Shown here piece by piece: positions 13,133-26,665 of a stretch of 64,000 nucleotides of DNA. The stretch is taken from NCBI RefSeq assembly GCF_032191835.1, contig NC_083232.1, positions 54,498,001 through 54,562,000 on the forward strand. Direction: 5' to 3'. The position numbers and the translations under genes are program-made. Source of the stretch: Heteronotia binoei. Lineage: Eukaryota. Position 1 is the first letter of the stretch. The number at the start of each line of letters is the position of its first letter. Under the pieces are notes generated by a model. It was not told where the DNA came from. It saw only the letters and a program-made list of their open reading frames with translations, and did no database searches.

Positions 13133-14091
13133 TCCAAGAAACCCCAAATGACAGCTGAATGATGGAGTGGCACTCCCCACCACTCAGCGGTTTTTGCAGT
13201 TTTTCCAGAGAAGGGAAAGCAGAGATTAAATGGGACTCGGGTCCTCTTAAATCCCTGCTTTCTGCTCTGTCCACAAACTGTTTCAAAAGCAGTTTGACCT
13301 GTCATGAACTTTGGTTCACAAACCACATGCTTCAGTTCATGCCCATCCCTACCTTTAACAGCTTTGAATACTCTGAAGCATGTCAACTAAGCACCTTCCA
13401 TACAGCAAATCCCAAGCACTCGTTAACCAAGAAATTTCACTGTGGAGCCTGGTATTTTCAGCAACCTTTAGTAGATGCACAAAGCTTATCTATCCTTTTA
13501 CAGAATACGTTTCATTGTATAATATAAAAATGCATGTGCATGAAATTCTTATCATTGCTTGCTTATATGCTTACTTTGCACCATTAAATGGTGAGAGATG
13601 AATTCCTATCTTCAACAGTTACTTCATACTGGCTCAATATTAAAAGGAGCTTTTCAAAACAATAATGAAATTATGAGAGATTTTAGAGTTTAGGTTAGGA
13701 TTAGTGGTTAGATTTTTTTGTTATGGTGATGACAACAAAAGTTACCACTATGTTTATTTACATACTACAACACTTTGTCATAGCATTAATAAAATTACAG
13801 AAAAATGTGAAGAATTTAGGAATAGTGTCTGTGGTTGTAGTAATTAATAAATATGCTCATTAAAGCTAAAAACCTTAAAAACTGAAAAATGAGTCCAGCT
13901 CCTAGAGGTAAAGAAAACTGGCCAAGGCCAGCCATACAACACAATAAGGAGAAAAGTTAACACTGTACTGCTCAGGTCTGGAGTTCAATGAACAACTTTA
14001 AGCTCTTCTGTCACTGAAACTGTGCATCCAGAGTCGTAAAGCAACTGTGCTACAGATCAGTGTTCCCTCTAAGGTGAGTTAGTGTGAGCTA

Positions 14092-14360
14092 AAAAGGTAA
14101 AGCACCGAGTCGTTACCAACCCATGGGGTGACATCACATCATGATGTTTTCTTGGTAGACTTTTTATGGGGTGGTCTGCCATTGCCTTCCCCAGTCACCT
14201 ACACTTTACCCCCCAGTAAGCTGGGTACTCATTTTACTGACCTTGGAAGGATGGAAGGCTGAGTCAATCTTGAGCCAGCTACCTGAACCCAGCTTTCGCT
14301 GAGATCGAACTCAGGTTGTGAGCAGAGCTGGCAGCTTACCACTCTGCACCACAGGGCATC
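14092..14360 (-). mobile_element. Sauria-type SINE with 13-bp TSD
   Basis: Flanked by ttagtgtgagcta at 14079-14091 and 14361-14373; body is the reverse complement of the SINE at 57752. Confidence 0.85.
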
Positions 14361-14399
14361 TTAGTGTGAGCTAGCTCACAGTTTTTTAGCCTCTGGTTC

Positions 14400-15400
14400 A
14401 CACATTTTTGTCTTAGCTAGGAAAAATGGTTCCAGAGCAAACTACTGGAGGAAAAATTTAGGCTGCTAGGCAGGAAACTCAAGGCCAGGACCTCCAAGGT
14501 AGACTTCTCAGAAGTGCTACCTGTTCCACATGCAGGGCCGGAGAGACAAGCACAAATTAGGAATCTCAATGTGTGGATGAGATGATGGTGTAGGGAGGAA
14601 GGGTTCAAGTCTGATAGACTTTTTGGAACAAGCGGGAGCTGTACAAAAGAGAAGCTCCAATGCCAGAACCAATGGAACTGAGATAACTGATGTCTGTTCT
14701 GAACAGTGCTCAGGATCCTCCAATGGCTTCAGCAGTTCAATGAACAAAATTGCCTTTTCCCAAAGGGTAGCTTTTAGTCTAGATACCCTGTTGTTTCTAG
14801 CTTTTAGGGTGAATTGCTGGCACATTCTACAAGTAGCCATGTTATGGCCTCTCTGAGATACAGTAGACAGCTCATGTTAATTTCTGTGCGACACTTGGCA
14901 CACTTTTTGAACACGGCCTTTCACAGACATAGTCTCTCACCACCCAAGTGAAAAAACCCCAGTGGGTGATCAAAATAGAAAGGAACGCCTTTTGGGGAAC
15001 AGAGAAGCAAGCAAGGCATGAAAATAAGGATGACTGCTTCACCTCACCAACGTCCATGTTCGATCGACTTTTCTACCATTTCTTCTCCTTTTTGTGTTTT
15101 TAGTAGAACAGATCACAGGCCGACAACAGTACTGAAGAGAAGATCAAGCTTCACTCAGCCACAGAAAAAATGGCCCATGGAAGGCAAACACAGTTGGTTA
15201 AAGAGAGAGAAAGACTAGGAGGTTTCTATCCAAGAAGTGGCAAAGAAAGAACTGAGGGAAGGGGCACCACTCCCTCAGAGCAGGTGACATTTTAAGTGGG
15301 GAAAAGCTGTTGCATTCACTCTGAATGGGGAGGGGCAACCCCTCAGATTCTTTAGAATGAGAAACTCCTATCAATGAGACTACACAGAAGGCAGATGATG
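14400..15400 (-). mobile_element. DIRS 5' fossil (gag N-terminal Cys/His cluster plus ITR-like remnant)
   Basis: With a frameshift the minus strand reads FKKCAKC...CLLYLREA/HNMATCRMCQQFTLKARNNRVSRLKATLWEKA, colinear with FKRCRSY...CLLCLGEAH...CPHCLRFSKQTRKNRAARFSAALTESA of copy 2. An ITR-like gaaagaactgaggg occurs at ~15248. Confidence 0.6.
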
Positions 15401-16519
15401 AATTTAAACTCTCTATGGAAATTGAGTCGTTTCTGTTCATATTTGTTTATTTTAAAAGTCTAAATGTAATGAATTTTTTTTTTTGGATAATCCTAAAGTC
15501 AAGTATTCATAAAGAATATATTTTGTTCAGGCAGTCATCTGTTGTGTTCTGAAAGAATTAAAGTACACAGGGACATTTTATAATCAAGCAATGCAGAAAT
15601 TACACGTATTAAAATTAACCTCTAATTAAAAGAAACCACAACCAATCTCAGGCCACCAACTATCTTGAAATAGCCACATGATTCATTATGGAAAGATAAT
15701 TCCATCACAGTTTATCCCACAAGCAGTGTTAATAAGTCTTAGACTTTGCGTACCTTGGGAAAAATAAATAAATCTGTTGGTAAAGGTATGTGATTCGTAA
15801 CTTTAATCCAAATATAATAACACACTCATATGACAGCATTATTAACCTTACCCTTGCTCTAACATAAGGTTCTTACATACACTTTTTAAAAAGCCTTATT
15901 AAATAATGGGATTTGTGGCACACCTTGAAATGAATGATGCTGGAATCAAGCTAAAAAGCAGGAAAATCACTTCTGAAAACATGGAACACCTTGTAAAATG
16001 GAACTGCCTTGTAAAAAGGAACTATGGCAAGACAGATGGTGTTAACTTTCTCAGGAAATATGGAAGTAACTTTAGAAGCATGATTCCCGAATGCATGCTC
16101 CCTGGAGTTATCATCACTAAAACTTCTGAATTCTAGAGTGACCTTTGCAGACAGATGCAGAAAGAGAAACACCAATATGGTTTTGGGAATAAACTGGGCC
16201 ACAACTTCGTAACATATGAAGGATCTGCAATGGGCACCAACTAATAACACAACCCAAATACAATGTGGATGCAGAGAAGTCAGTCCCCCCCTCCCCCACA
16301 AGATTTCCAAAACATCTGTGTGAACCACCCTGGTTAGAAGGTTCTTCCTTGCCAGAACTAATGTGTGCTTTAGAAGAATAAGCCAGACCCCCTCTCCCTA
16401 GCTATGAGGTACTGGGTCATAGATCATGGCAACTCCTACTTGGCATCCTATTCTAGTTCGTTAGCCCTGAATACCTGGTTTGAGGAACATCCTTCCCACT
16501 TAAAATTGATGCATTAATT

Positions 16520-16656
16520 ATTTAATGAAATGTTAATTTTATAGTGTAATTTATTTTTATGTTAGTTTTACATATGTTGTAAGCCGCCCTGAGCCACTCG
16601 ATGGGAAGGGCGGGATATAAATCCCAGATAAATAAATAAATAAAAAATAAAATAAA
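16520..16656 (+). mobile_element. L2 3' tail fragment
   Basis: gttgtaagccgccctgagcc...gggcgggatataaat followed by (taaa)n. Confidence 0.75.
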
Positions 16657-18720
16657 TGCATCACAGTGTGAACACCAAAGTTACTGCTTTTAACCAAACT
16701 ATTTAACTTGCACTACAAACCTCCATCTGCAAGCAATTAAATTTACCTACATCACCAACCCACTAGGACTTCAGCAAGTCCTTCCTCTGACCTGCAGGGT
16801 TGACAAGAAACAAAACCCCAAATCAAAGCTAGTCAGATTCAGAAGGTTAAAAAACAACAACCCTTTGGTCCCCAAAGGTGCAGCATCCACGCCACTAGAC
16901 AGGGTGGGTCCTGCATCTGAAACAAAGTTTAGAGGAGGAGCTGCATTCCCTTTGTAAGCTGCTCCCCACCCCCTGCCCACCCATTCAGAAGAAGGTCATA
17001 TTCATACTCTCACCTGCAGTGGCTGGCAGCAGAATCTATCTCCATCTATATCCAGCCCTGGGGATGGGGAGATGACCAGCATTTGCTGAACACTGACAAG
17101 AAGTCATTACATTTTCTACTTTTTGATGCTATTTCTTTATATAGGACTTGCTAATACTAAACAAATTGAAACACTGGAATTCTAAGGTAGCAATACAGAC
17201 AGATGTCCTGCTTATCTACGACAAATTTAAACTCTTTCATTTCAGTGGGAGAGTTAAGCACATAAAATTATTCCCACTGAAATCGTTAGTACTTAAAAGT
17301 GGATACAACAGGCTGATTTTTGGCCCTACCTACTGCAAAGTTTAGGAAATGCAACAAATATTCAGAATTCCAATCCAACATACTTCGCACTCTGGTTTCT
17401 CTATGAAATTTGGTGCTCATCTGAAATGCACCTGCTTCAATGAAAAGTCTTGCCCCGAAAGTTATGCACTTTCAAATGCATCGGAATGTGGTTTCTCATT
17501 AATTAGAGAGTCAAAGTAACAGAGATAAAAAGGCACCTTATTCACCATGCCACTTGCATGATATGAGTTATTCTTCTGTCTTTGGGCACCCCGCCTTCAA
17601 TTCAGTCTAAGCCAGAGCAAGAGTACAGATGTAGTAGCAACAGTGCCCTTACTCTGTTTCTCCAAGCAGGGCAAGCAGCCAGATAGTTTTGGCAAGCATG
17701 CTTCTTCCTTCTTTTCTGCTACTCATACAGCAGCTGCAGTGGGGGTTGCACCCAGCTGCCTGGAGGCAACTGTTACTCCCCCATAAGCAACCTGGCAAGT
17801 ACCTAATACGGCATAAAGACAAATTAAACTGTCAGTTACTGCATTAGCAATGAGATAGCCAGCACTGAAGAAGCTCCTAACATGGCAAATGACTGAAATC
17901 ATAGATCATGGTGGATGGAATGATTTTTCACACACAAACAGATCCTGTATATAAATATTATTCTTTCAGTTGATTTTTGATACTTATGTTTTATTAGTTT
18001 TTGTGTTCTACTCATTTTCTGCCTCCATCTTCTTAATGATGCATCAATGAACAAGCATCTTCTTACTGAAGATGGAGTTCAGTTCTACAGATATACAAGG
18101 ACTTCTATAGATTTAGCAAATATATATTTAGGTGTATGAGAGTGGGGTGCAGTATTGAGAGCAGCTTATTTTAAAACAATGATGCTCAAAGCAGGACACA
18201 TCTCAAAAAGAGAAAAGCTCACTAATGTCTCTAACTTTTTTCAATATTGCAGGTTGAATTGTTTTACATGGAAATTGACTTGTTTGCATTTCAGATTTAT
18301 GCTGGCCTATCTCAGCAGCAGAAAATCTGAAGAACATGCATTTAGGGGTTGCCACAGATTCTTCATAGATGTCTGATGCATCAATAAAGCCAAGATTTCT
18401 TGTGCATGTGTACAGCAGTATATTTAAAAATCTGTAAATAATGAACAGTTATTTTAAGCAAAATGCCCCAAATATTTGATAATGTCAGTTAGCCACAAGG
18501 TGGCAGAAACTTCCAAGTTAAAAAAACAACAACCAAATTAATTCTTATGGCAGTCTTTGAACAAGGTGTCTCAAAAACAAATATTACCACCTGAGTGGAG
18601 TAAACACATATAAGCATGGATTCCCAAACACAAGTTTTAATATAAAGGATTAAATATTAAGGACCAAGGTTTTGTGACTGTATATAGTTTACCTAATTTA
18701 GGGAATAACAACTGATAGGG

Positions 18721-19403
18721 CAGGGGTGGCCAAACTGTGGCTTGGGAACCACACGTGGCTCTTTCACACATATTGTGCGGCTCCCAGAGGTCAAGGTGAA
18801 ACTTAATGCAGACTTACTCTCAAGTAAGCATACTTAGCATCAGGACCTCAGTCAGCCTCTGAGCGCGGTAGGCGACTATTTCTGTTATGTGTGAAGGAGG
18901 GAGAAATAGGCACGTTTGCAAGCTCTTCTCCTGCACCACAGAGGTTGCCTGGAGTCCCAGAATGCGGAAAGAGAGCGCAAGAGCTGAGGGAGTCACTGGA
19001 AGAAGAGACAGAATTAATAGGGTTAGTTTCATAGCTCTTGTAGGAGCTCTATTTACTAACCTTGGTGCCAAGGCAAAGAGAGATGCATAATGATGCTAAT
19101 GATGGTCAGTTACTTATATAGTACATGTGTGTTTCCTTCTCCCACTGGTGGGAAAAAAATTCCCTATCCTTTCCCTATGCTGGTCTAAAGGGGACTGTTA
19201 TTACCACTTCACAACACAACGCTAGAATGCTAGCATTGTCATGTTGCAAAGCGCATGCATATGTATTTCATCGTTTTGTGCAAAGAAAGTATTAAGAGTT
19301 TTAATAAATTCATGTGTGTAATATTTGTTCATGTCTTGGGGCTCTCAAACATCTGACATTTATTCTATGTGGCTATTATATTAAGCAAGTTTGGCCACCC
19401 CTG
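18721..19403. mobile_element. Non-autonomous hAT-type element (MITE)
   Basis: 16-bp TIRs caggggtggccaaact / agtttggccacccctg; flanks tgataggg / tgacagga match 6/8, consistent with a decayed 8-bp TSD. Confidence 0.8.
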
Positions 19404-20126
19404 TGACAGGATAATTGAAAGAACTACCAGCAATTTCCAGTTTTATGTACATTAAAAACACAATAAAATGATAGCAGTAATTGCTTATTTATAACAAGTC
19501 AAATCAGCAATTGGCTTAGTTTAATACTGACCAGAGCCATTACCCCACAAAGACCTAGGCAAAAACACTGTTCAAACCTACTAGTCAACATCCACAAGTT
19601 ATGTGATCAAATCAAGCCAGCTACTGTCCTACTTCCAACCTTCCCCTTTTGAAAAGACTGAAGAGTAAGCAGCTGTCCTTCAGCTTCAGGCACATCTATA
19701 TCCAATTAGGTCCAGCCCCTTGTCAGTGTGGCTTTCAGTTTGTGCATAACACATGAGAACAAAAGGCTAAAACCGCACCCTACCTATCGCTTTTGATACT
19801 GCTGATCATAAGATTTAAGAAAAATGACTTGGGGACCCTGTGAGTATTTCTTGAATGGTTTTGTTTGCACCCAATGTGAAGGTCTCAAGGATGGAAGCTT
19901 TTTCACACTTTCCCTCTCCAGGACATTCCCTGTGAGGTCCTCAAGAATTACATCTTCTATATATACACATTGAAATTGGAAAGAAAAAGAGAGAAGAGAA
20001 ATTTGAAACAAGTCATACCTGGGACATTGTACATTTTTTATTATGTTTGTATTTAATTATTTATTGTTCTCTATTTTTAAGTATAAATGTAGATTTTTTT
20101 TCTTATTCGTTCTTTGTTTTTTACTA

Positions 20127-20320
20127 AAGTCTCAGCTGACATGGTGACCCCATGGAGTTTTCAAGACAAGAGATGTTCACAGGTGGTTTTCCCACTGCCT
20201 GCCTTCCCATCATGATCTTGGAATTCCTTGTTGGGGGGGGGGGGTGATACTAGCCAGGGCCAACCTGCTTAGCTTCTGAGATTTGATGAGATCAGGATAG
20301 CCTGGGCTATTGGTCAGGAC
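20127..20320 (-). mobile_element. 5S rRNA-derived SINE (5S head plus Sauria-like 3' part)
   Basis: Minus strand cctgatctcatcaaatctcagaagctaagcaggttggccctggctagta resembles 5S rRNA cccgatctcgtctgatctcggaagctaagcagggtcgggcctggttagta; the 3' part resembles the Sauria SINE tail. Confidence 0.8.
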
Positions 20321-20337
20321 ATTTATTGTTTATACAA

Positions 20338-20614
20338 GGAGCCAGTTTGGTGTGGAAGTGCATGGACTCTTATCTGGAAGAACCCGGTTTGATTCCCCAC
20401 TCCTCCACTTACAGCTGCTGGAATGGCCTTGGGTTAGCCATAGCTATCGAAAGAGTTGTCCTTGAAAGGGCAGTTGTTGTGAGAGCCCTCTCAGCCCCAC
20501 CCACCTCACAGGGTGTCTGTTGTGGGGGAGAAGATATAGGAGATTATAAACCACTCTGAGTCTCTGATACAGAGAGAAGGGCAGGGTATAAATCTGCAGT
20601 CATCTTCTTCTTCT
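20338..20614 (+). mobile_element. tRNA-derived MIR/Squam3-like SINE, near full length
   Basis: Head ggagccagtttggtgtg...ggtttgattcccc, core, and gtataaat...(ttc)n tail. Confidence 0.85.
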
Positions 20615-21747
20615 TTTAGTATTTATTTTGTAACCACATTTGGGTGGCTTCGTTTTGCGCATTTTCATTATTGTGATATGTTATACAATTACATACGAAT
20701 ATACTATTTCGCTACATTATTACTCATAGTGTAATTGCCTGTGTTCTCTTTAGAGTCCCTTATCTGTTTCTTTTCCCCCCTGGTTGGAGGACTTCAATGT
20801 TGACCAAGACTGTCCTCTTTCAACATTTCTACTTTTTTCTAATTCCTTGGTCAGTCCTGGCCATTTTCATTCATAATCCTGAGACAGGACTAATATAACA
20901 CACTATATAAAATAACACATTACACCTGAGCTGCAGCATCTATACTGTTAGATTCTGGACATATCAAGTTGTTGGTCTTCCTTATAAAGCATTAGATACA
21001 TACAGTCTTACATATCAAAGACTGTCTGTCACTATGGCTCTGAAGACAAGTAAAGAATATCTTTTGATATACTGTATATATATGTTTAAAAAACAAAGGC
21101 ACACACAGAGGTGTTCTCAGTGCCTGCCCCACTACTACGGAACTAAGAACTAAAGCTTGAACCATGACCAGAAGCCTGATAAAGACTTGTCTGAGTTAAC
21201 ATTTAATAGCCATAAATTTAATAGCAATAAAGCAGTACAGGGATAATTTAAATTTGTTTTGGTAAAGGATTTATGTTTTAATAGGTAGTTTATAGTACAT
21301 GATTTATATTACATGCCTTGGAATGAGGCAAGTCAAACAGTGAACAATTTATATATTCAGATTATGCAACAGTTTTCATTTTAAGAAAGGTAAGAAAAAT
21401 ACTGGATGAGATGTATATTTGCTGCTGCTTCTTTGCAAAGAACTTCTTTGATGTGCACAGTTGCCAATAAATATTTCCATCCACTTCAACATAATTGTCA
21501 TTCAACCAAACAAATGAATGTAAGCAATTCAACATATGTCATTGGCTCACTGTTCTGAATTTATACTCTCTAGTATTTCAATTATTGTTTTACAAGCTGA
21601 AAAAGAAGCCACTAAGCGAACACAGCATACTGAGATAATCAGCAAAAGACTACTTCCCATGGCAACTAAATTTAGTTTTAACAAAACAATTAGAAGGAAC
21701 ATAGTATTTTGAAGCAAATGCTAAAATTGTGCTTGGTAAGTACTTAC

Positions 21748-21811
21748 TGCCTGGCCTGGTCCTTATTGGCATATGTTACGTTTACTACTGCAGTCTCTGT
21801 GTCAGTATTCA
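21748..21811 (-). CDS. IGF2BP3: IGF2BP3 coding exon 5 (64 bp; (V)NTDTETAVVNVTYANKDQAR(Q))
   Basis: ttttctttttctcttctag|TGAATACT...GCCAGGCA|gtaagt; follows an 82-bp intron 4 (21812-21893). Confidence 0.97.
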
Positions 21812-21893
21812 CTAGAAGAGAAAAAGAAAATTACTCTTTGGTCTCTGTTCACTCCTCTTAACAAACTAAAACCATTCTTATTTTGAGTGCTAC

Positions 21894-21945
21894 CTTGCTC
21901 ACAGTTCTCCACTGTACCGTACTGTGCTAGCAAACTGTCCAGCAC
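21894..21945 (-). CDS. IGF2BP3: IGF2BP3 coding exon 4 (52 bp; VLDSLLAQYGTVENCEQ(V))
   Basis: gttctttttccatag|GTGCTGGACAGT...GAGCAAG|gtagca; phase 0 in, phase 1 out. Confidence 0.96.
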
Positions 21946-22748
21946 CTATGGAAAAAGAACACAGGTTAACACTTAAGGATTACTTTAGTGGTTACAGATG
22001 AAAACATTACACTTCAGTAAGATGTAAGAAGTCTTGTAAAGTTACCAGCATTGTTTCCCCCAAAAAAATTTCTAAACTTTCCATCTCATGCTCTGAATTT
22101 GAATCTCTTAAATTCAGGTCAATGGCTATAATTAAATGGACTGATACAGCAGATATATGTGAAGAGAGGGGAGAGGGATTGACACAATCAAGACCAGATA
22201 AAAAGAGAAATTATTATTTCATGGAAGTCAATCTTGTTTTCCATAACCAAAGAAGAAGAAAAATCTAGATGAGAAGGCAAAATAGTATAATATATGCACC
22301 AGTTACATTCGTGTTGTAGTCATGTTTAGAGACATTGTATTTCCCATGCTACAACTCCCTCCCCTCATATCAAAGCCTATTCTCTTTACCATATTTAATG
22401 TTCCTCCACCTGTAAAATCTGTTGAATTACATTAACTTCAACAGTTACACAGTGTACCTTATTATGGCTCATTATTTTCCTTTTAAAAATCCATAATAAA
22501 TCTTTCCTTGAGACGAAGGAAACATTATATGAATTGAAAAAATACCCACAATTCATACAACCCCCCACCAAAAAACCTTTCATGGAACACACATGACAAT
22601 TTGTTGATTGGCATTTAAAACGAAATACACTGGTAACAATGTTAATAAATGAAAAACATAATTATCTGAGGTTGATGAATGCATACTTTACAGCAAAATT
22701 TTGGTTCTTATACTTTATTGACACCTCCCTCCAAACAATAAATTTAAA

Positions 22749-23023
22749 TTAGTTGTTGTAGATTTTCCGAGCTGTATGACCATGGTCTTGGCATTGTAGA
22801 ACCTGTTTCACCAGCAGCTGTGACTGGCATCTTCAGAGGTATAACATGGACATAATATATACCTCTGTCACACAGAGAGAACTTTAGTCTCTGTGTTATA
22901 CCTCTGAGGATGCCAGTCACAGCTGTCGGCAAAACGTCAGGTTCTACAATGGCAAGGCCATGGCCATACAGCCCGGAAAATCTACAACAACTGATGAACT
23001 CCAGCCATGAAAGCCTTTGACAG
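22749..23023 (+). mobile_element. PLE (Poseidon-like) terminal fragment as an inverted repeat, 13-bp TSD, two broken hammerheads
   Basis: TSD caataaatttaaa at 22736-22748 and 23024-23036; arms ~22751-22846 and ~22893-22992. The plus-strand hammerhead (22901-22941) has G12>A, and the minus-strand one (22802-22839) lacks the GUC triplet. Confidence 0.8.
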
Positions 23024-23087
23024 CAATAAATTTAAAGTTGAACATAATCAAAACAATGCTCTCTAACCAACTGTCCCATGCTAAACG

Positions 23088-23225
23088 TATTTATTTATTT
23101 ACATTAGACTTTTATCCTGCCCTCCCCGCAAGCGGACTCAGGGCGGCTTACAACAGTCGTTTACACGATTTAAAACAATAAGTCAATAAAATCTATAAAA
23201 AATTAAAACAATTAAAATTTAAAAA
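23088..23225 (-). mobile_element. L2 3' tail fragment
   Basis: (ttta)n followed by cctgccctcccc...ctcagggcggcttacaac. Confidence 0.75.
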
Positions 23226-23548
23226 CTATTCCACGTATTTATTTCAAAGTAAACTTCACTAAGTTCAACATGACTTGCTTTCCAGTAAGTATCGTAAGAA
23301 TTGCACCTTGTAGACATGTAAGTCTCTGGAATGCAGCTTTTAAAGTTACAGACAAAACAGCACAGTCCTTGGACACACTCAGAATGAGCTTATCTGTAGT
23401 CGTAAGAAATTTATATTAAGCCATTTTAAGTACAATGGAAACATTTCCAAACATATCCCATATTTTTATAATCACAAAAGTTACTTATATAATAGTAAGA
23501 AGTCCAGTAGCATCTTTAAAAGCAACAAATTTTATTGCAGCATAAGCT

Positions 23549-25156
23549 TTTATTTATTTATTTATTTATATTCTGCCCTCCCCACCAAAGGCAGGCTCAG
23601 GGCGGCTCACAAACCAAGGGTTGACACAAACACATTAGTGTGACTAGTAAAATAACCAACAATAAAACATAAAAACAATTGGTTAAAACATTTTGCAGGT
23701 GCTACTATAATAGTTTCAGGCAGCGATTGAATTCTAGTGGTTAACTGTACTCAGAGGTCTCAGGATCACCGTAGCGTGGTAATAGAGGCCATTAGTGGTG
23801 TTCTTAGGGGCCAGTCACATTGCTGCAGTTGTTACCATCATGTGAATGCCTGGCGGAAGAGTGCCGTTTTGCAGGCCCCACGGAACTGTAAAAGCTCTCG
23901 CAGGGCCGTAACCTCCTCTGGCAACTCATTTCACCAGCTAGGGGCAGCAATGGAAAAGGCCCTGGCTCTCGTTGTTTTGAGCCTCGCTTCTCTGATGCTG
24001 GGGACTGTCAACAGGTTTTGAGACCCTGACTGAAGTGCTCGCTGGGGCATGTGCAGGGAAAGATGGTCCCTAAGGTATGCAGGACCCAGGCCATAAAGGG
24101 CTTTAAAGGTAATGACCAGCACCTTGAAGTGAATCTGGTACCCTATCAGTAGCCAGTGCAGCACTTTCAGCACAGGCTGAATGTGTTCCTGTGGAGGAAC
24201 TCCCACTAACAGCCTGGCTGCAGCATTCTGCACTAGCTGAAGTCGCCGAATTTGGGACAAGGGCAGCCCCATGTAGAGAACATTGCAGTAATCAAGTCTC
24301 GAGGTGACCATCACATGGATCACTGTTGCCAAGTCGGTGCGTTCCAGAAAGGGGAACAACTGCTTTGCCATCCGCAGTTAGTAAAAGGCTGACCTAGTGG
24401 CAGCTACTTGGGCCTCCATTGTTAAAGAAGGATCCAAGAGCACCCCTAAGCTTTTAACCTTGGGCGCCAGCATGAGCTGGGCTTCATCGAAGGTCGATAA
24501 ACGGACCACCGGTCCTGGACCGCGGCAGCTCAGATACAGGTCCTCTGTCTTTGTCAGATTTAATTTCAGTCTATTCAGCCTGAGCCACCCCGCCACAGGA
24601 TGCAATGTTGCGGACAGATCTTCTGGGGTCCGCCCATCAACAGATAGAGCTGGGTGTCATCCACATACTGGTGACAACCCAGCCCATACCTCTGGGCAAC
24701 CTGGGTGAGGGGGCGCATGTAGATGTTAAATAACATTGGAGAAAGAACCACTCCCTGCGGCACACCACATATAAGTGGGTGTTGTCGGGATAGTTCATGC
24801 CCTAGTGCCACCCTCTGTCCCCGACCCTGGAGGAAGGAGGAAAGTCAGTTCAAAGTCAACCCCTGAATCCCAGCGTCAGCGAGGCAACAGGTCAGTAGCT
24901 GATGGTCAACCATGTCGAACGCTGCCGCCAGATCTAACAGCACCAGCACTGCCGAGCTACCTCTGTCCAGGTGCCTCTGGAGGTCATCTGTGAGGGTGAT
25001 CAGAACCGTCTCTGTCCCGTAACCCAGACAAAAACCGGACTGATGAGGATTAAGCATAGAAGCATCATCCAGAAAACTCTGGAGCTGCACTGCCACAGCC
25101 CTTTCAATAATCTTGCCTAAGAATGGCAAGTTAGACACCGGCCGGTAATTACCAAC
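23549..25156 (-). mobile_element. L2-clade LINE, 5'-truncated (RT C-half and 3' UTR), frameshifted
   Basis: NYRPVSNLPFLGKIIE, GVPQGVVLSPMLFNIYM, CHQYVDDTQLY, SRLDYCNVLY; (ttta)n tail at 23549. Confidence 0.9.
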
Positions 25157-25947
25157 TAATGTATGGAAGGTACAACCAAGGTACTGTGTTTCCAGCACTG
25201 GGTATTGATTTCCAAAATAAAGATCAAAGCCTTTCCTCAAATTAAGCACTGAAGTTGGCTCTTTAGAAGCCACTTCACACATGACAATTTTCCTACAGGG
25301 ATATTATTCTACAAAGGAAAATGTGGTATACCTATCATTTGTAATCAAATGCCATATTATGTTTACTGAGATAGTTCAGCTGGTTGTGTTCATCACACAT
25401 AACAACATATTTTTTTCCTCCACAAAGCAGAAACTTCACTGCGGGTTAATCGCATAAAAATGGCCTAGCTTTCAACTGCAGTACAGTGCAATGGGGTTAG
25501 TGTGGTATGAGCTGTGAAAGCACCCCTGGTCTCCATAAAACTTAGGCAGACACGGTTCTTTTTATCACTGAGTAACCACCACCATTCCTGGAAGGGCAGA
25601 TGCTACTTAAACAGCTGTTTGCTCAAAATTGCTTAATGCTGAGGATTACATCAACTTCAGACTGGTTGAATTAAAAGACTTTCACCAGTGCCTGTGCTGC
25701 AAAAAGAGCAAAACTTTAACCTACATATTACTGATGTTCAGAGTACAGAAATGATGAGATCTCCAAATACAGCAACCAAGTCCATACATGCAACATGACA
25801 AATGTGTATTGGGGGGGGGGGAGCATGGATTATAACGAGTTGAGAATTCACAAGGCTCCCCCTGAGGTCAAGTACCTGGGGGACGGCTCTGTTTTCTCCT
25901 CTGCCAGCAGAGCCACAGGTGGAGTCAGCACCGGGCGGCATCAGGTT

Positions 25948-26203
25948 GAGGAGGAGAAGAAGAGGAGCAGGAGGCTGAATTTATACCCTGCCCTTCACTT
26001 GGAGTCTCAGAGCAGCTTACAATTTCCTTTCCCTTTCCCTCCCCACAACAGACGCCCTGTGAGGTAGGCGGAGCTGAGAGAGCTCCCCAAGAACTGCCCT
26101 AGAAAGGAACAGCTCTGAGAGAGTTACAACTGACTCAAGATCATACCAATAGGTGGAGGTGTGGGGAATCAATTCCAGTTCTCCCAGATTAGAGATGTGT
26201 GCA
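25948..26203 (-). mobile_element. MIR/Squam3-like SINE
   Basis: Reverse-complement match to the 20338 copy. Confidence 0.8.
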
Positions 26204-26387
26204 GACAGTGGCGGGGCTGGCAGTGAAGGGCTCAGTGGACTACTTCTCCCACAGTAGTAGAGGATAGCAAGAGGGCTTGGCAAGAAGGAGTACCACCAAG
26301 ATCAAGCCCACATGCCTCTTTCTCTCCTCCCTGCACTCATCCACATGCTGAACAGCTCCTGCCAACTCTTCAGCATTTCCTCATCTC

Positions 26388-26665
26388 CTTTTGGTGTAGT
26401 GGTTAAGTGCACAGACTCATCTGGGAAAACAGTTTGATTCCCCACTCCTCCACATACACCTGCTGATGTGACCTTGGGTCAGCCACAAGTTCTCTCAGAG
26501 CCGTTCTGCTCAATAGCAGTTCTGGAAGAGCTCTCTCAGCCCCACTTACCTCACAGGGTGCCTGTTGTAGGTATGGGAAGAAGAAGGCGACTGTAAGCTG
26601 CTCTAAGACTCCTTTGAGTAGTAAAGGGTGGGAGTATAAATTCTATCATCTTTTCTCCTTCTCCT
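26388..26665 (+). mobile_element. MIR/Squam3-like SINE, head-to-head with the previous copy
   Basis: ggtgtagtggttaagtgc A-box head, core, and gtataaat tail. Confidence 0.8.

Noticed and set aside
17014-17092. 79-nt AG...CAG|GTGAGA possible cassette exon in intron 5
   Set aside because: The donor is good, but the region upstream of the acceptor is purine-rich with almost no pyrimidine tract, so it is probably a pseudo-exon.
20230-20320. Possible 5S rRNA gene
   Set aside because: Diverged, truncated and fused to a SINE tail; not a functional rRNA gene.
22991-23020. Extra CTGATGA...GAAA motif in the PLE tail
   Set aside because: No stem II pairing and no valid helix III or NUH site (GAAAGCCU).
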